From Dehalococcoidia bacterium (GTDB taxonomy: Bacteria; Chloroflexota; Dehalococcoidia; DSTF01; RBG-16-68-14), in contig JBBEBM010000053.1 of the NCBI GenBank assembly GCA_040882355.1, positions 62,001 to 82,588 on the forward strand: a stretch of 20,588 nucleotides of DNA, given 5' to 3'. The position numbers and the translations under genes are program-made. Positions 8,459 through 16,035 of this stretch are shown in pieces. The notes under the pieces are model-generated. The model saw nothing but the letters and a program-made list of their open reading frames with translations, had not been told where the DNA came from and ran no database searches. How positions within the stretch are numbered: the stretch's first letter is position 1; each line of letters opens with the position of its first letter.

Positions 8459-11082
8459 GGCTTCGCCTTCTCGCGCAACTCGTAGAGCTTCGTCAGCGCG
8501 TCAAGCGGCGTCATGGCGTCAACCTCCAGCGAGGCGACCTCGTCCAGGAGGGGCGAGCGGGCCGGCAGGAGCGGGAGCTGCTCGACGGGCTCAGTAGGTC
8601 GGCGGCGGGCGGGCGCCGCGCCATTCGCACGCTGTTCGAGCGTCGAGAGCACCTCGCGGGCGCGCTGGACGACGGCCTTGGGCAGGCCGGCCAACTCGGC
8701 GACGTGGACACCGTAGCTGCGGTCGGCGCCGCCCGGCACGATCTTGTGCAGGAAGACGACGCGGCCCTCCTCCTCGGCGACGGCGACGTTCTCGTTGCGC
8801 ACGCGCGGCAGGTGATGCGCCAGCTCGACCAGCTCGTGGTAGTGCGTGGCGAAGAGCGTCTTCGCCGCCAGCTCCGGCCGGTTGTGCAGGTACTCGACGA
8901 CGGCGCGCGCGATCGCCATGCCGTCGTAGGTGCTGGTGCCGCGCCCGATCTCGTCGAGCACGACGAGCGAGCGCGGCGTCGCGTTGTGCAAGATGTTCGC
9001 GGTCTCGAGCATCTCGACCAGGAAGGTGGACTGCCCCGACGCGAGGTCGTCCTGCGCGCCGACGCGCGTGAAGATGCGGTCCACCAGCCCGATGCGCGCC
9101 GACGCCGCCGGCACGAAGCTGCCGATCTGCGCCATCAGCGCGATCAGCGCCACCTGGCGCAGGTAGGTCGACTTGCCGGCCATGTTCGGCCCGGTGATGA
9201 TCACGATCTGCGCGTCCTTCGAGAGCGACGTGTCGTTCGGCACGAACGACGACGGCAGGCCGCTCGCGGGCGTGCCATCGGCCAGCGTGCGCTCGACGAC
9301 CGGATGACGCCCGTCGCGCACATCGATCTCGTCGCCGTCGTGCAGCGCCGGCCGGACGTAGTTGTAGCGCGCAGCCGCTTCGGCGAGCGCGACCGCGACG
9401 TCCAGCTCGGCGGCGGCCGATGCGAAGGCGAGCACCTGACCGCTGGCGGCGGCGACCTGCGCGCAGACCTGCCGGAAGACCTGCTGCTCGATCTCCTGAA
9501 TGCGCTCGCCGGCGGTGAGGATGCGCGTCTCGTGCTCCTTGAGCTGTGGCGTGACGTAGCGCTCGGCGCCGACGAGCGTCTGGCGGCGCTCGTAGTCGTC
9601 GGGGACCAGCGAGACGTTGGGCTTGCTCACCTCGAGGTAGTAGCCGAAGACCTTGTTGTAGCCGACGCGCAGCGACTTGATGCCGGTGCGTTCCCGCTCC
9701 GCCGTCTCCAGCTCGGCGACGTAGCGCTTCGTGTCGCGTGTGATCGCGCGCAGGCTGTCCAGCTCCTGCGAGAAGCCGGCGCGCACCACGTTCCCCTGCT
9801 CGAGGGTCGCGCCGGGATCGTCGGCGATCGCCTGTTCGATCGCGGCGACGACGTCGTCGCACGGACGCAGACGTGACGCGAGCTCGCGCACCGCTTCCGG
9901 CGCTTCTTCGGTCGACACGGCTTCGCGCAGCGAAGGCGCCAGCTCGAGGCCGCGCCGCAGCCCGACGAGGTCGCGCGGCCCGGCCAGTCCGGCGACGACG
10001 CGGCCGCAGAGGCGCTCCAGGTCCGGCATCTTGCCGAGCAAGTCCTGCGCCTGGCCGCGGCGGACGGCGCTCTCGAAGAAGTGCTGCACCTGGTCCAGCC
10101 GCGCCTCGATCGCCGCCCTGTCGAGCAGCGGCTGGCCGAGGCGCCGCGCGAGCAGCCGGGCGCCCATCGCTGTCCTCGTTATGTCGAGAGTGCCAAGCAG
10201 CGAGTGCTCCCGCTTGCTGCTGCGCCCGCCCGCGAACAGCTCGAGATTGCGGCGCGTCGCCGCGTCGAGCAGCAGGAAGCCTTCGGGCCGGTACGACTGC
10301 AGCTTCGTCACGTGGGCCAGCGACGAGCGCTGGTTCTCGCGCAGGTACTGGAGCAGCGCCCCGGCCGCGGCGACCGCGTTCGGCTGCCCGGCCAGCCCGA
10401 ACGCCTCGCTCGACGCGACCGCGAAGTGCTCGCGCAGCGCGCCCTCCGCGACCTCGGTCACGTACCAGTCGGGCGGAAGCGGCGAGACGGCCTCGATGCC
10501 GTCGGGCGGCGGGACGTTCTCCGGCAGCAGCAGCTCGGCCGGGCCGAGGCGGCCCAGCTCGCCGGGCAGCGCGCCCATCGCCACCTCGCCCGCGACGAAC
10601 TCGCCGGTGGAGACGTCGGCGTAGGCGAGCCCAACGACCGCGCGCGGGTCGGCCCACGGCGCGTCGCCGTCCCTGGGTGCTCGCTTCGGGAGCGCGGGCG
10701 CGAGCGCGACGAGGTAGTTGTTCGCCCGCTCGTCGAGCAGGTTGCCTTCGATCACTGTGCCGGGCGTGACGACGCGCACGACCTCGCGGTCGACGATGCC
10801 CTTGCTCGTTGCCGGGTCGCCGAGCTGCTCGCAGATCGCCACCTTGTAGCCCTTCGCGATCAGCCGCGACAGGTAGCCCTCAAGGGCGTGGTAGGGGATG
10901 CCGGCGAGCGGCACGCGCTCGCCCTTGCCCATCGGCTTCGACGTGAGCGTGATCTCGAGCTCGCGCGCGACGAGCTTCGCGTCGTCATCGAACGTCTCGA
11001 AGAAGTCGCCGAGGCGAAAGAAGACGATGGCGTGCGGGTAACGCCTCTTGATGTCGAGGTACTGGCGTCGGATCGGCGTCAT
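8431..11082 (-). CDS. mutS: DNA mismatch repair protein MutS (MutS1)
   Basis: 883 aa; N-terminal FFRLGDFFE, GIPYHA, TGPNMAGKST Walker A, STFLVEM, LDEIGRGTST, ATHYHEL, SYGVHVA. Confidence 0.98.
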   Translation of the reverse strand: MTPIRRQYLDIKRRYPHAIVFFRLGDFFETFDDDAKLVARELEITLTSKPMGKGERVPLAGIPYHALEGYLSRLIAKGYKVAICEQLGDPATSKGIVDREVVRVVTPGTVIEGNLLDERANNYLVALAPALPKRAPRDGDAPWADPRAVVGLAYADVSTGEFVAGEVAMGALPGELGRLGPAELLLPENVPPPDGIEAVSPLPPDWYVTEVAEGALREHFAVASSEAFGLAGQPNAVAAAGALLQYLRENQRSSLAHVTKLQSYRPEGFLLLDAATRRNLELFAGGRSSKREHSLLGTLDITRTAMGARLLARRLGQPLLDRAAIEARLDQVQHFFESAVRRGQAQDLLGKMPDLERLCGRVVAGLAGPRDLVGLRRGLELAPSLREAVSTEEAPEAVRELASRLRPCDDVVAAIEQAIADDPGATLEQGNVVRAGFSQELDSLRAITRDTKRYVAELETAERERTGIKSLRVGYNKVFGYYLEVSKPNVSLVPDDYERRQTLVGAERYVTPQLKEHETRILTAGERIQEIEQQVFRQVCAQVAAASGQVLAFASAAAELDVAVALAEAAARYNYVRPALHDGDEIDVRDGRHPVVERTLADGTPASGLPSSFVPNDTSLSKDAQIVIITGPNMAGKSTYLRQVALIALMAQIGSFVPAASARIGLVDRIFTRVGAQDDLASGQSTFLVEMLETANILHNATPRSLVVLDEIGRGTSTYDGMAIARAVVEYLHNRPELAAKTLFATHYHELVELAHHLPRVRNENVAVAEEEGRVVFLHKIVPGGADRSYGVHVAELAGLPKAVVQRAREVLSTLEQRANGAAPARRRPTEPVEQLPLLPARSPLLDEVASLEVDAMTPLDALTKLYELREKAKPAGPDAGVD

Positions 11083-11256
11083 GGTGGGGCGTCCCGCCTC
11101 CAGCCGGCATCGCTCCGGCCCAGAACGTTTGGCCTAGCGTAGCAGGAACGAAGAACAGGGGACAAGGCGGACACCGAGGACCCGCCGTGCCATCTCCGCC
11201 TTCGAGTTCTCCCACCCCTGTCTTACCTTAACCCTGGATAACCGCGCGTGGCATGC

Positions 11257-11306
11257 CCTGTCGCAGACTCGCCTGGGCGAGAGCCTGCCGAAGGGCTTGT
11301 CGAAGG
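11257..11306 (+). repeat. 50-bp palindromic dispersed repeat (inverted copy at 20068-20116)
   Basis: CCTGTCGCAGACTCGCCTGGGCGAGAGCCTGCCGAAGGGCTTGTCGAAGG; the inverted copy differs by a 1-nt indel. Confidence 0.88.
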
Positions 11307-11432
11307 TTGGCCGCGCTTAACGTGCGCATACTCGCAATTGAGCACCCGCTGGAGGAACTCTTGGAGGACCTGTCGAGCTGCCCATGGCCCATCTGCGCGC
11401 TGCCGGCCCGCGCCGGGACGAGCCGCGCAGCA

Positions 11433-11730
11433 GCGCCCGGCGTCGGGATCAATGAAACGACCCGTTTAGATTCACAGCCCGCAGCGCGCCGCGTCGGCTG
11501 GCTTCCAGGGCCAGCCGCTGAGAAAGGCGATTTTGCAAAACGGACTGGTCAATCAAACGTCTTGGGTAACGGGGCGGCGCCCGGCGTCGGGATCAATCAA
11601 ACGACCCGTTCAGATTCACAGCCCGCAGGACGCCGCAGCGGCTGGATTCCAGGGCCAGCCGCTGAGAAGGGCGATTTTGCAAAACGGACTGGTCAATCAA
11701 ACGTCTTGGGTAACGGGGCGGCGCCCGGCG
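11433..11730 (+). repeat. 144-bp tandem repeat (2 copies plus terminal GCGCCCGGCG)
   Basis: Units at 11433 and 11577, GCGCCCGGCG again at 11721; each unit has TCAAT(C/G)AAACG twice, 100 bp apart. Confidence 0.92.
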
Positions 11731-11805
11731 AGGTCAAACTTCGAACCTCGAACATCGAGTGCCGGCATAGACGCCCTTCAGGCGGCGCGGTATCATCGAC
11801 GTGAT

Positions 11806-12831
11806 ATGTCGGAGGAGCAGCGCGCCCTCGGGGCCCGCCCTCAGGAAGACGTCCGCCCCGACGGGCACGCGGCGCCCGGCGACACCGCCGCCGACGAACG
11901 TTCCTCAACGACCTCCGCGGTCGACGCCGTCTCCAATCTGCGCTACGTCTTCCGCTCGATGCGGCCGCGCCAGTGGACGAAGAACGCGATCGTCTACCTG
12001 GCGCTGATCTTCTCGATCGACCAAGAGTGGGAGCTGGGCGATCCGTCGACCTGGTGGAGCTTGCTGGCCCGCACCACCGCGACCTTCGTCTGCTTCTGTC
12101 TCATCTCCAGCGCCGATTACCTGGTGAACGACGTGGTCGACGCCGAAAACGACCGCCTCCATCCGACGAAGCGCATGCGCCCTATCGCGGCGGGCCTGCT
12201 ATCGCCGCGCGCGGCGATAGTCTGGGCAGTGGCGCTGGGAGCGATCGCGCTCGCCGGCGGCTTCGCAATCGAGTGGCACGTCGGCGCCACGATCGCCGGC
12301 TACGCCGCGCTCCAGCTCGCGTACAGCTTCCTTTTGAAGCACGTCGTGCTCCTCGACATGATGGCGATCGCGGGCGGGTTCGTGCTGCGCGCGATGGCGG
12401 GGGCGCTCGCGATCGACGTGCCGATCTCGCCGTGGCTCTACGTGGTGACGGCGCTGGGGGCGCTGTTCCTGGTGATCCACAAGCGCCGGGCGGAGATCAC
12501 GCTGCTGGAAGAGGGCGCCGCCAGCCACCGGCCGATCCTCGAGGAGTACTCGGCGCCGCTGCTCGACCAGATGGCGTCGCTCGTGACGGCCTCGACGCTG
12601 ACCGCTTACGGGCTCTACACGTTCACGGCCGAGAACCTGCCCGAGAACAACACGATGATGCTCACGATTCCCTTCGTGCTCTACGGGCTGCTCCGCTACC
12701 TCTACCTGGTGCACCAGCGGCACGAAGGTGGCAGCCCGGAAGAGGTGCTCCTCCGCGACTGGCCGCTGATCATCGATATCGCGCTCTGGGTGGTGACGGC
12801 GGCGACGGTGCTGGTGGTGTACCGGGACTGA
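11806..12831 (+). CDS. UbiA prenyltransferase family, decaprenyl-phosphate phosphoribosyltransferase-like membrane protein
   Basis: MRPRQWTKN, YLVNDVVD, DRLHPTKRMRPIAAG, GFVLRAMAG, KRRAE, GGSPEEVLLRD; start set at ATG 11806 because the upstream in-frame extension runs through repeat DNA. Confidence 0.9.
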   Translation: MSEEQRALGARPQEDVRPDGHAAPGDTAADERSSTTSAVDAVSNLRYVFRSMRPRQWTKNAIVYLALIFSIDQEWELGDPSTWWSLLARTTATFVCFCLISSADYLVNDVVDAENDRLHPTKRMRPIAAGLLSPRAAIVWAVALGAIALAGGFAIEWHVGATIAGYAALQLAYSFLLKHVVLLDMMAIAGGFVLRAMAGALAIDVPISPWLYVVTALGALFLVIHKRRAEITLLEEGAASHRPILEEYSAPLLDQMASLVTASTLTAYGLYTFTAENLPENNTMMLTIPFVLYGLLRYLYLVHQRHEGGSPEEVLLRDWPLIIDIALWVVTAATVLVVYRD

Positions 12832-12867
12832 GGGAAGGTCGGGGAGCGGGGCGGCTAGCGGTCAGGG

Positions 12868-12887
12868 GCCAGGCTTTAGCCTGGCCT
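12868..12887. terminator. Hairpin between convergent genes (REP-like, possible bidirectional terminator)
   Basis: GGCCAGGC-TTTA-GCCTGGCC between the UbiA and USP stops; no poly-T tail. Confidence 0.4.
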
Positions 12888-12902
12888 TCGAGCCTGGGAG
12901 GA

Positions 12903-13337
12903 TCAGGCGACCTTCTTGCGTTTGTTCTGCTTGGTCTTCTGCTGCGAGACGAGGAGGACCGGCAGGTGCGACTCGCGGACGACGACGTCGGCGACGCTGC
13001 CGAGCATGAGCTTGTCGAGCGGGCGGCGGGCGTGCGTTGCCATGCAGACGGCATCCACGTTCCAATCGATCGCCGCCTTGCGGATCTCCTGAGGGGCGTT
13101 CCCCCGCCGCACCAGCGTCTTCACGGCCACTCCGGCCTCGCGGAAGCGCTCCGCCACCCAGCTCACGTACTCCGCGGCCTCATGCTCCTCGACCGCCGAG
13201 TTGGGCGTCACAGGCGAGGTGATCACCTGGCAGACGATCACCTCAGCGTCGGTCACCTTGGCGATGCCCAGCGCGTACGGGACGGCTGTCTCTGAGCCGG
13301 TGCTCCCATCGACAGGCAGCAGGATGCGTTGGAACAT
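12903..13337 (-). CDS. Universal stress protein (UspA family)
   Basis: MFQRILLPVDGS start, GxA..EI, DAVCMATH, LGSVADVVVRESHLPVLLV; ATG 13337 behind GAGGTG. Confidence 0.92.
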   Translation of the reverse strand: MFQRILLPVDGSTGSETAVPYALGIAKVTDAEVIVCQVITSPVTPNSAVEEHEAAEYVSWVAERFREAGVAVKTLVRRGNAPQEIRKAAIDWNVDAVCMATHARRPLDKLMLGSVADVVVRESHLPVLLVSQQKTKQNKRKKVA

Positions 13338-13438
13338 GCGGGACACCTCTACTCCGGCGAAGTCTCTCGAAGGGAGTATCGGAGGCTGAGCGACGCGCTT
13401 TAGAGGGCTACTGAGGTCGGCCTAGTCCGTACCAACGC

Positions 13439-13930
13439 TTACCAACGCTCGTAGCGCACCAGCTCGTCGAGCGACGTGCGCGAGATGCCCCGATGGAGCG
13501 ACTCCTTCGATTCCGGGTAGCCGAACGAGATCACCATCGCCACGCGATGCTCGTCCGGCAGGCCCAGCACGCGGGAGGCGCACTCCTGATCGTGCATCGC
13601 CACCGCCCAGAATATGATGCCCTCCGCCCAGGCGGCGAGCATCATATTCTGGGCGGCGCGGCCCGCATCGAAGGGGCCGCCGCCGGGCAGCAGCACGATG
13701 GCGATGACGACGGGCGCGGCCGGCACGTGCTGGGCGAACTGCCCACACGCGGCGACCTCTCGCTTGCGGGCGTCATCTCTCAGCACGACGAAGCGCCAGG
13801 GCTGCGTGTTCTTGGAGCTGCCCGCCATCCGGCCCGCCTGGAGGATGACCCCCAGCGTCTCGTCTGAGATGGGCCGGTCGGCGTAGGCCCTGCTGTCCCG
13901 CTTCGTCCGAATAGCGTCCTGGGCGTCCAT
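13439..13930 (-). CDS. Nitroreductase family protein
   Basis: KRDSRAY, AGSSKNTQPWRFVV, DAGRAAQNMMLAA, ISFGYP; GGAGG RBS and TGnTACAAT extended -10 upstream. Confidence 0.92.
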   Translation of the reverse strand: MDAQDAIRTKRDSRAYADRPISDETLGVILQAGRMAGSSKNTQPWRFVVLRDDARKREVAACGQFAQHVPAAPVVIAIVLLPGGGPFDAGRAAQNMMLAAWAEGIIFWAVAMHDQECASRVLGLPDEHRVAMVISFGYPESKESLHRGISRTSLDELVRYERW

Positions 13931-14027
13931 TCTCGAACCTCCTCCCTGGCTGTCGCCGATTGTAGCACATCTGTACCCCTACAGAGGCGCGCGGAAGCTG
14001 TCGATCAAGATCACAGAGTACTGACCA

Positions 14028-14729
14028 ATGGACCCCAGCGAAACGCTATCCGCCGTTCGACCCATGTTACGCCATCGCTGGCTGCGGATGCTGCTGCTCT
14101 GCACGCCGGGCATGATGGCGGGCGTCAGCATCCTCGCTGCTAGCCAGTCTGCTCTCTGGGTCGTGATCAGCCTGAACGCCATTGCAGGCGTCGTCATCTC
14201 CACCCTCCTCTTCCTGGGCGTGAGCCTGGTTGCCCGCCGGGCGGCGGACGAGCAGGTGGGTCTGGCCCGAGCGGCAGAGCAAGGTCTCTGGCGCGCGCGC
14301 GTGCAGCTCCTCACGATCCACGACGCCAACGGCCTCTACACCCACTGGTACTTCCGCCTCCGCCTCCAGGAAGAGGTCGAACGCTCCCGGCGCTACGGGC
14401 TCCACTTCGTCGTGGTGATCGTCAAGGCGCTGGCGCTCCACCAGGACGTGGAGGTCTCGACGGCGAGCGAGTGGTTCAGCGAGCGGATCCAGCGCCACCT
14501 ACGCAAGGCGGACCTGGCCGGCCTGCTGCAGGACGGCAGTCTGGCGATCCTGCTCCCAAACACCAGCCGCCGGAGCGCCATCCTGGCCAAGAAGCGGCTC
14601 GAGAAAGAGCTCAGCGCGGTGCGGCCGCGCATCGGCATCGCCTGCTTCCCCGATGATAGTGAAGACGCGGGCGAGCTCCTCGCGCAGGGCGCCCACGGCG
14701 CCCTTCAGGCGAACCTCGGCGTCGCCTGA
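14028..14729 (+). CDS. Membrane protein with degenerate GGDEF domain
   Basis: Two N-terminal hydrophobic helices; D..GLY...F..RLQEEVERSRRY, RKAD, LAILLPNT, IGIACFP..; GGDEF position reads QDGSL. Confidence 0.75.
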   Translation: MDPSETLSAVRPMLRHRWLRMLLLCTPGMMAGVSILAASQSALWVVISLNAIAGVVISTLLFLGVSLVARRAADEQVGLARAAEQGLWRARVQLLTIHDANGLYTHWYFRLRLQEEVERSRRYGLHFVVVIVKALALHQDVEVSTASEWFSERIQRHLRKADLAGLLQDGSLAILLPNTSRRSAILAKKRLEKELSAVRPRIGIACFPDDSEDAGELLAQGAHGALQANLGVA

Positions 14730-14846
14730 GCAGCCCAGAACAACACCGCCGACACCGATCCCAACCACGGATCCCCCTGCCCAGGGCGGGCTCTCGTTCC
14801 GTCTGAATTACTGCGCCCTCACCTACGATCTAAGGGGCCATTAGTA

Positions 14847-14877
14847 TTGACACAAGTCGAGGCTTAGCATACACTAA
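14847..14877 (+). promoter_or_regulatory. sigma70 promoter with overlapping TTAG-N6-CTAA operator (DtxR/MntR-like)
   Basis: TTGACA(14847)-N17-TACACT(14870); TTAGCATACACTAA at 14864-14877. Confidence 0.75.
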
Positions 14878-14900
14878 CGCCGCCTATGAGGAGGCGCGAG

Positions 14901-15341
14901 GTGGAACAGCTAGACATCCTGGGCATGCAGCAGGACCTCGGTGAGCGGAAGTCGTACCTCATGTTGCGTTCGCCCGAAACGGGCGCCGTCTTCGCCGTCA
15001 CCCTCTCGCCGCACCAGGTCGACCTGATCGAGACCGCCTCGTGCAAGTGCGCCCGCACGCCGTCCGCCGCCGAGTCGGTGGCAAGCGCGCTCGGACTCAG
15101 CCTCCAGTCGATCGTGTTGGAGCTGCACGGGCAGAAGCCTCAGGCGAAACTGAACCTTTCGCCTGAGGAGGGCGAAGCGCTGGCGGTCGACCTCCACGTC
15201 ATCGAGGCCTTCGCGGTGGCGCTCCGGCACGGCCTTCCGCTCCTACTCAAGAACCCCGACGGCGCCAAGGAAGACGGCCGGCATTCCTTGTCCAGTCCCG
15301 TGCGGTCATTCATCGAGACGCTCGACTTGAGCGGACTCTAA
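14901..15341 (+). CDS. Divergent DUF151/bifunctional nuclease (BFN)-like protein
   Basis: Overall pattern resembles DUF151 (..AVDLHVIEAFAVALRHGLPLLL vs typical EIDARPSDAIALALR..PI; C-terminal VRSFIETLDL); GTG 14901 behind GAGGAGG. Confidence 0.55.
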   Translation: MEQLDILGMQQDLGERKSYLMLRSPETGAVFAVTLSPHQVDLIETASCKCARTPSAAESVASALGLSLQSIVLELHGQKPQAKLNLSPEEGEALAVDLHVIEAFAVALRHGLPLLLKNPDGAKEDGRHSLSSPVRSFIETLDLSGL

Positions 15342-15365
15342 TCGAACACTGAGGGAGGTATACAC

Positions 15366-15962
15366 GTGAACACGCGAACCTGGATAGGACGGCTGATGGT
15401 GAGTCTGGCGATAGGCGGCTTGGTGGTCGTCGCAGTGGATGCTGTGGCCTGCGATGACAATGAATCAGGGGACCCGGACGCGACTATCGCTCCGGGCGCA
15501 GATCCCGAACCAGAGGCTGATCCGGAGGCGGACCCGGAGGCGGACCCGGAGGCCGAACCACAGCCCGAGCCCGGGCCGGGCGTCCAGCCGGCGCCCGCCG
15601 GCTCAACGCAGGTGACCGTCGAGCTGGATGAGTGGTCGATTACACCGGCGCCGGTGCAGGTCACCGGGCCCACCATCTACTTCCTAGCGACGAACGCCGG
15701 CAGTGAGCCCCATGAGCTGGTGGTCATCCGCAGCGACGAGGAGCCTGACCAGCTCCCCGTCCTGCGCGGCGCCGTGCCCGAGGACGAAGTGGACTTCCTT
15801 GGCGAGCTGGAGCAGTTCCCCGCCGGGGACCAGGCTTCCGGGGTGTTCCGGCTCACGCCCGGCAACTACGTGCTCATCTGCAACCTCGTCGAGACGGAGG
15901 AGGACGGCGTGCTGGAGAGCCACTACGAGCAGGGCATGCACACCGCCTTCACCGTCGAGTGA
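15366..15962 (+). CDS. Cupredoxin (type-1 blue copper) lipoprotein with acidic Pro/Ala-rich linker
   Basis: Signal peptide ending AVAC; NAGSEPHELVV (H116); GNYVLIC(172)...H186..GM191; GGAGG RBS. Confidence 0.85.
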   Translation: MNTRTWIGRLMVSLAIGGLVVVAVDAVACDDNESGDPDATIAPGADPEPEADPEADPEADPEAEPQPEPGPGVQPAPAGSTQVTVELDEWSITPAPVQVTGPTIYFLATNAGSEPHELVVIRSDEEPDQLPVLRGAVPEDEVDFLGELEQFPAGDQASGVFRLTPGNYVLICNLVETEEDGVLESHYEQGMHTAFTVE

Positions 15963-15983
15963 CGAGAAACCCCCAAATAAGTG

Positions 15984-16015
15984 TTGACGACAACCATATA
16001 TTAGGCCACACTAAT
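15984..16015 (+). promoter_or_regulatory. sigma70 promoter with overlapping ATTAG-N6-CTAAT operator (DtxR/MntR-like)
   Basis: TTGACG(15984)-N17-CACACT(16007); ATTAGGCCACACTAAT at 16000-16015; AGGAG RBS before ATG 16036. Confidence 0.75.
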
Positions 16016-16035
16016 CACAGATCGTAGGAGACACC

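Noticed and set aside
8117..8496. Diversity-generating retroelement TR/VR pair at the mutS 3' end
   Set aside because: Differences between copies are not confined to adenines and there is no reverse transcriptase in the window.
11433..11730. CRISPR array interpretation of the recurring TCAATCAAACG motif
   Set aside because: The intervening sequences are themselves repeated, spacing alternates 100/44 bp, and no cas genes are present.
11253..11804. 183-aa ORF with a duplicated 48-aa peptide, and the 91-aa N-terminal extension of the UbiA ORF
   Set aside because: Explained by the 144-bp DNA repeat being a multiple of three; no RBS or recognisable domain, though 11307-11430 could be a small gene remnant.
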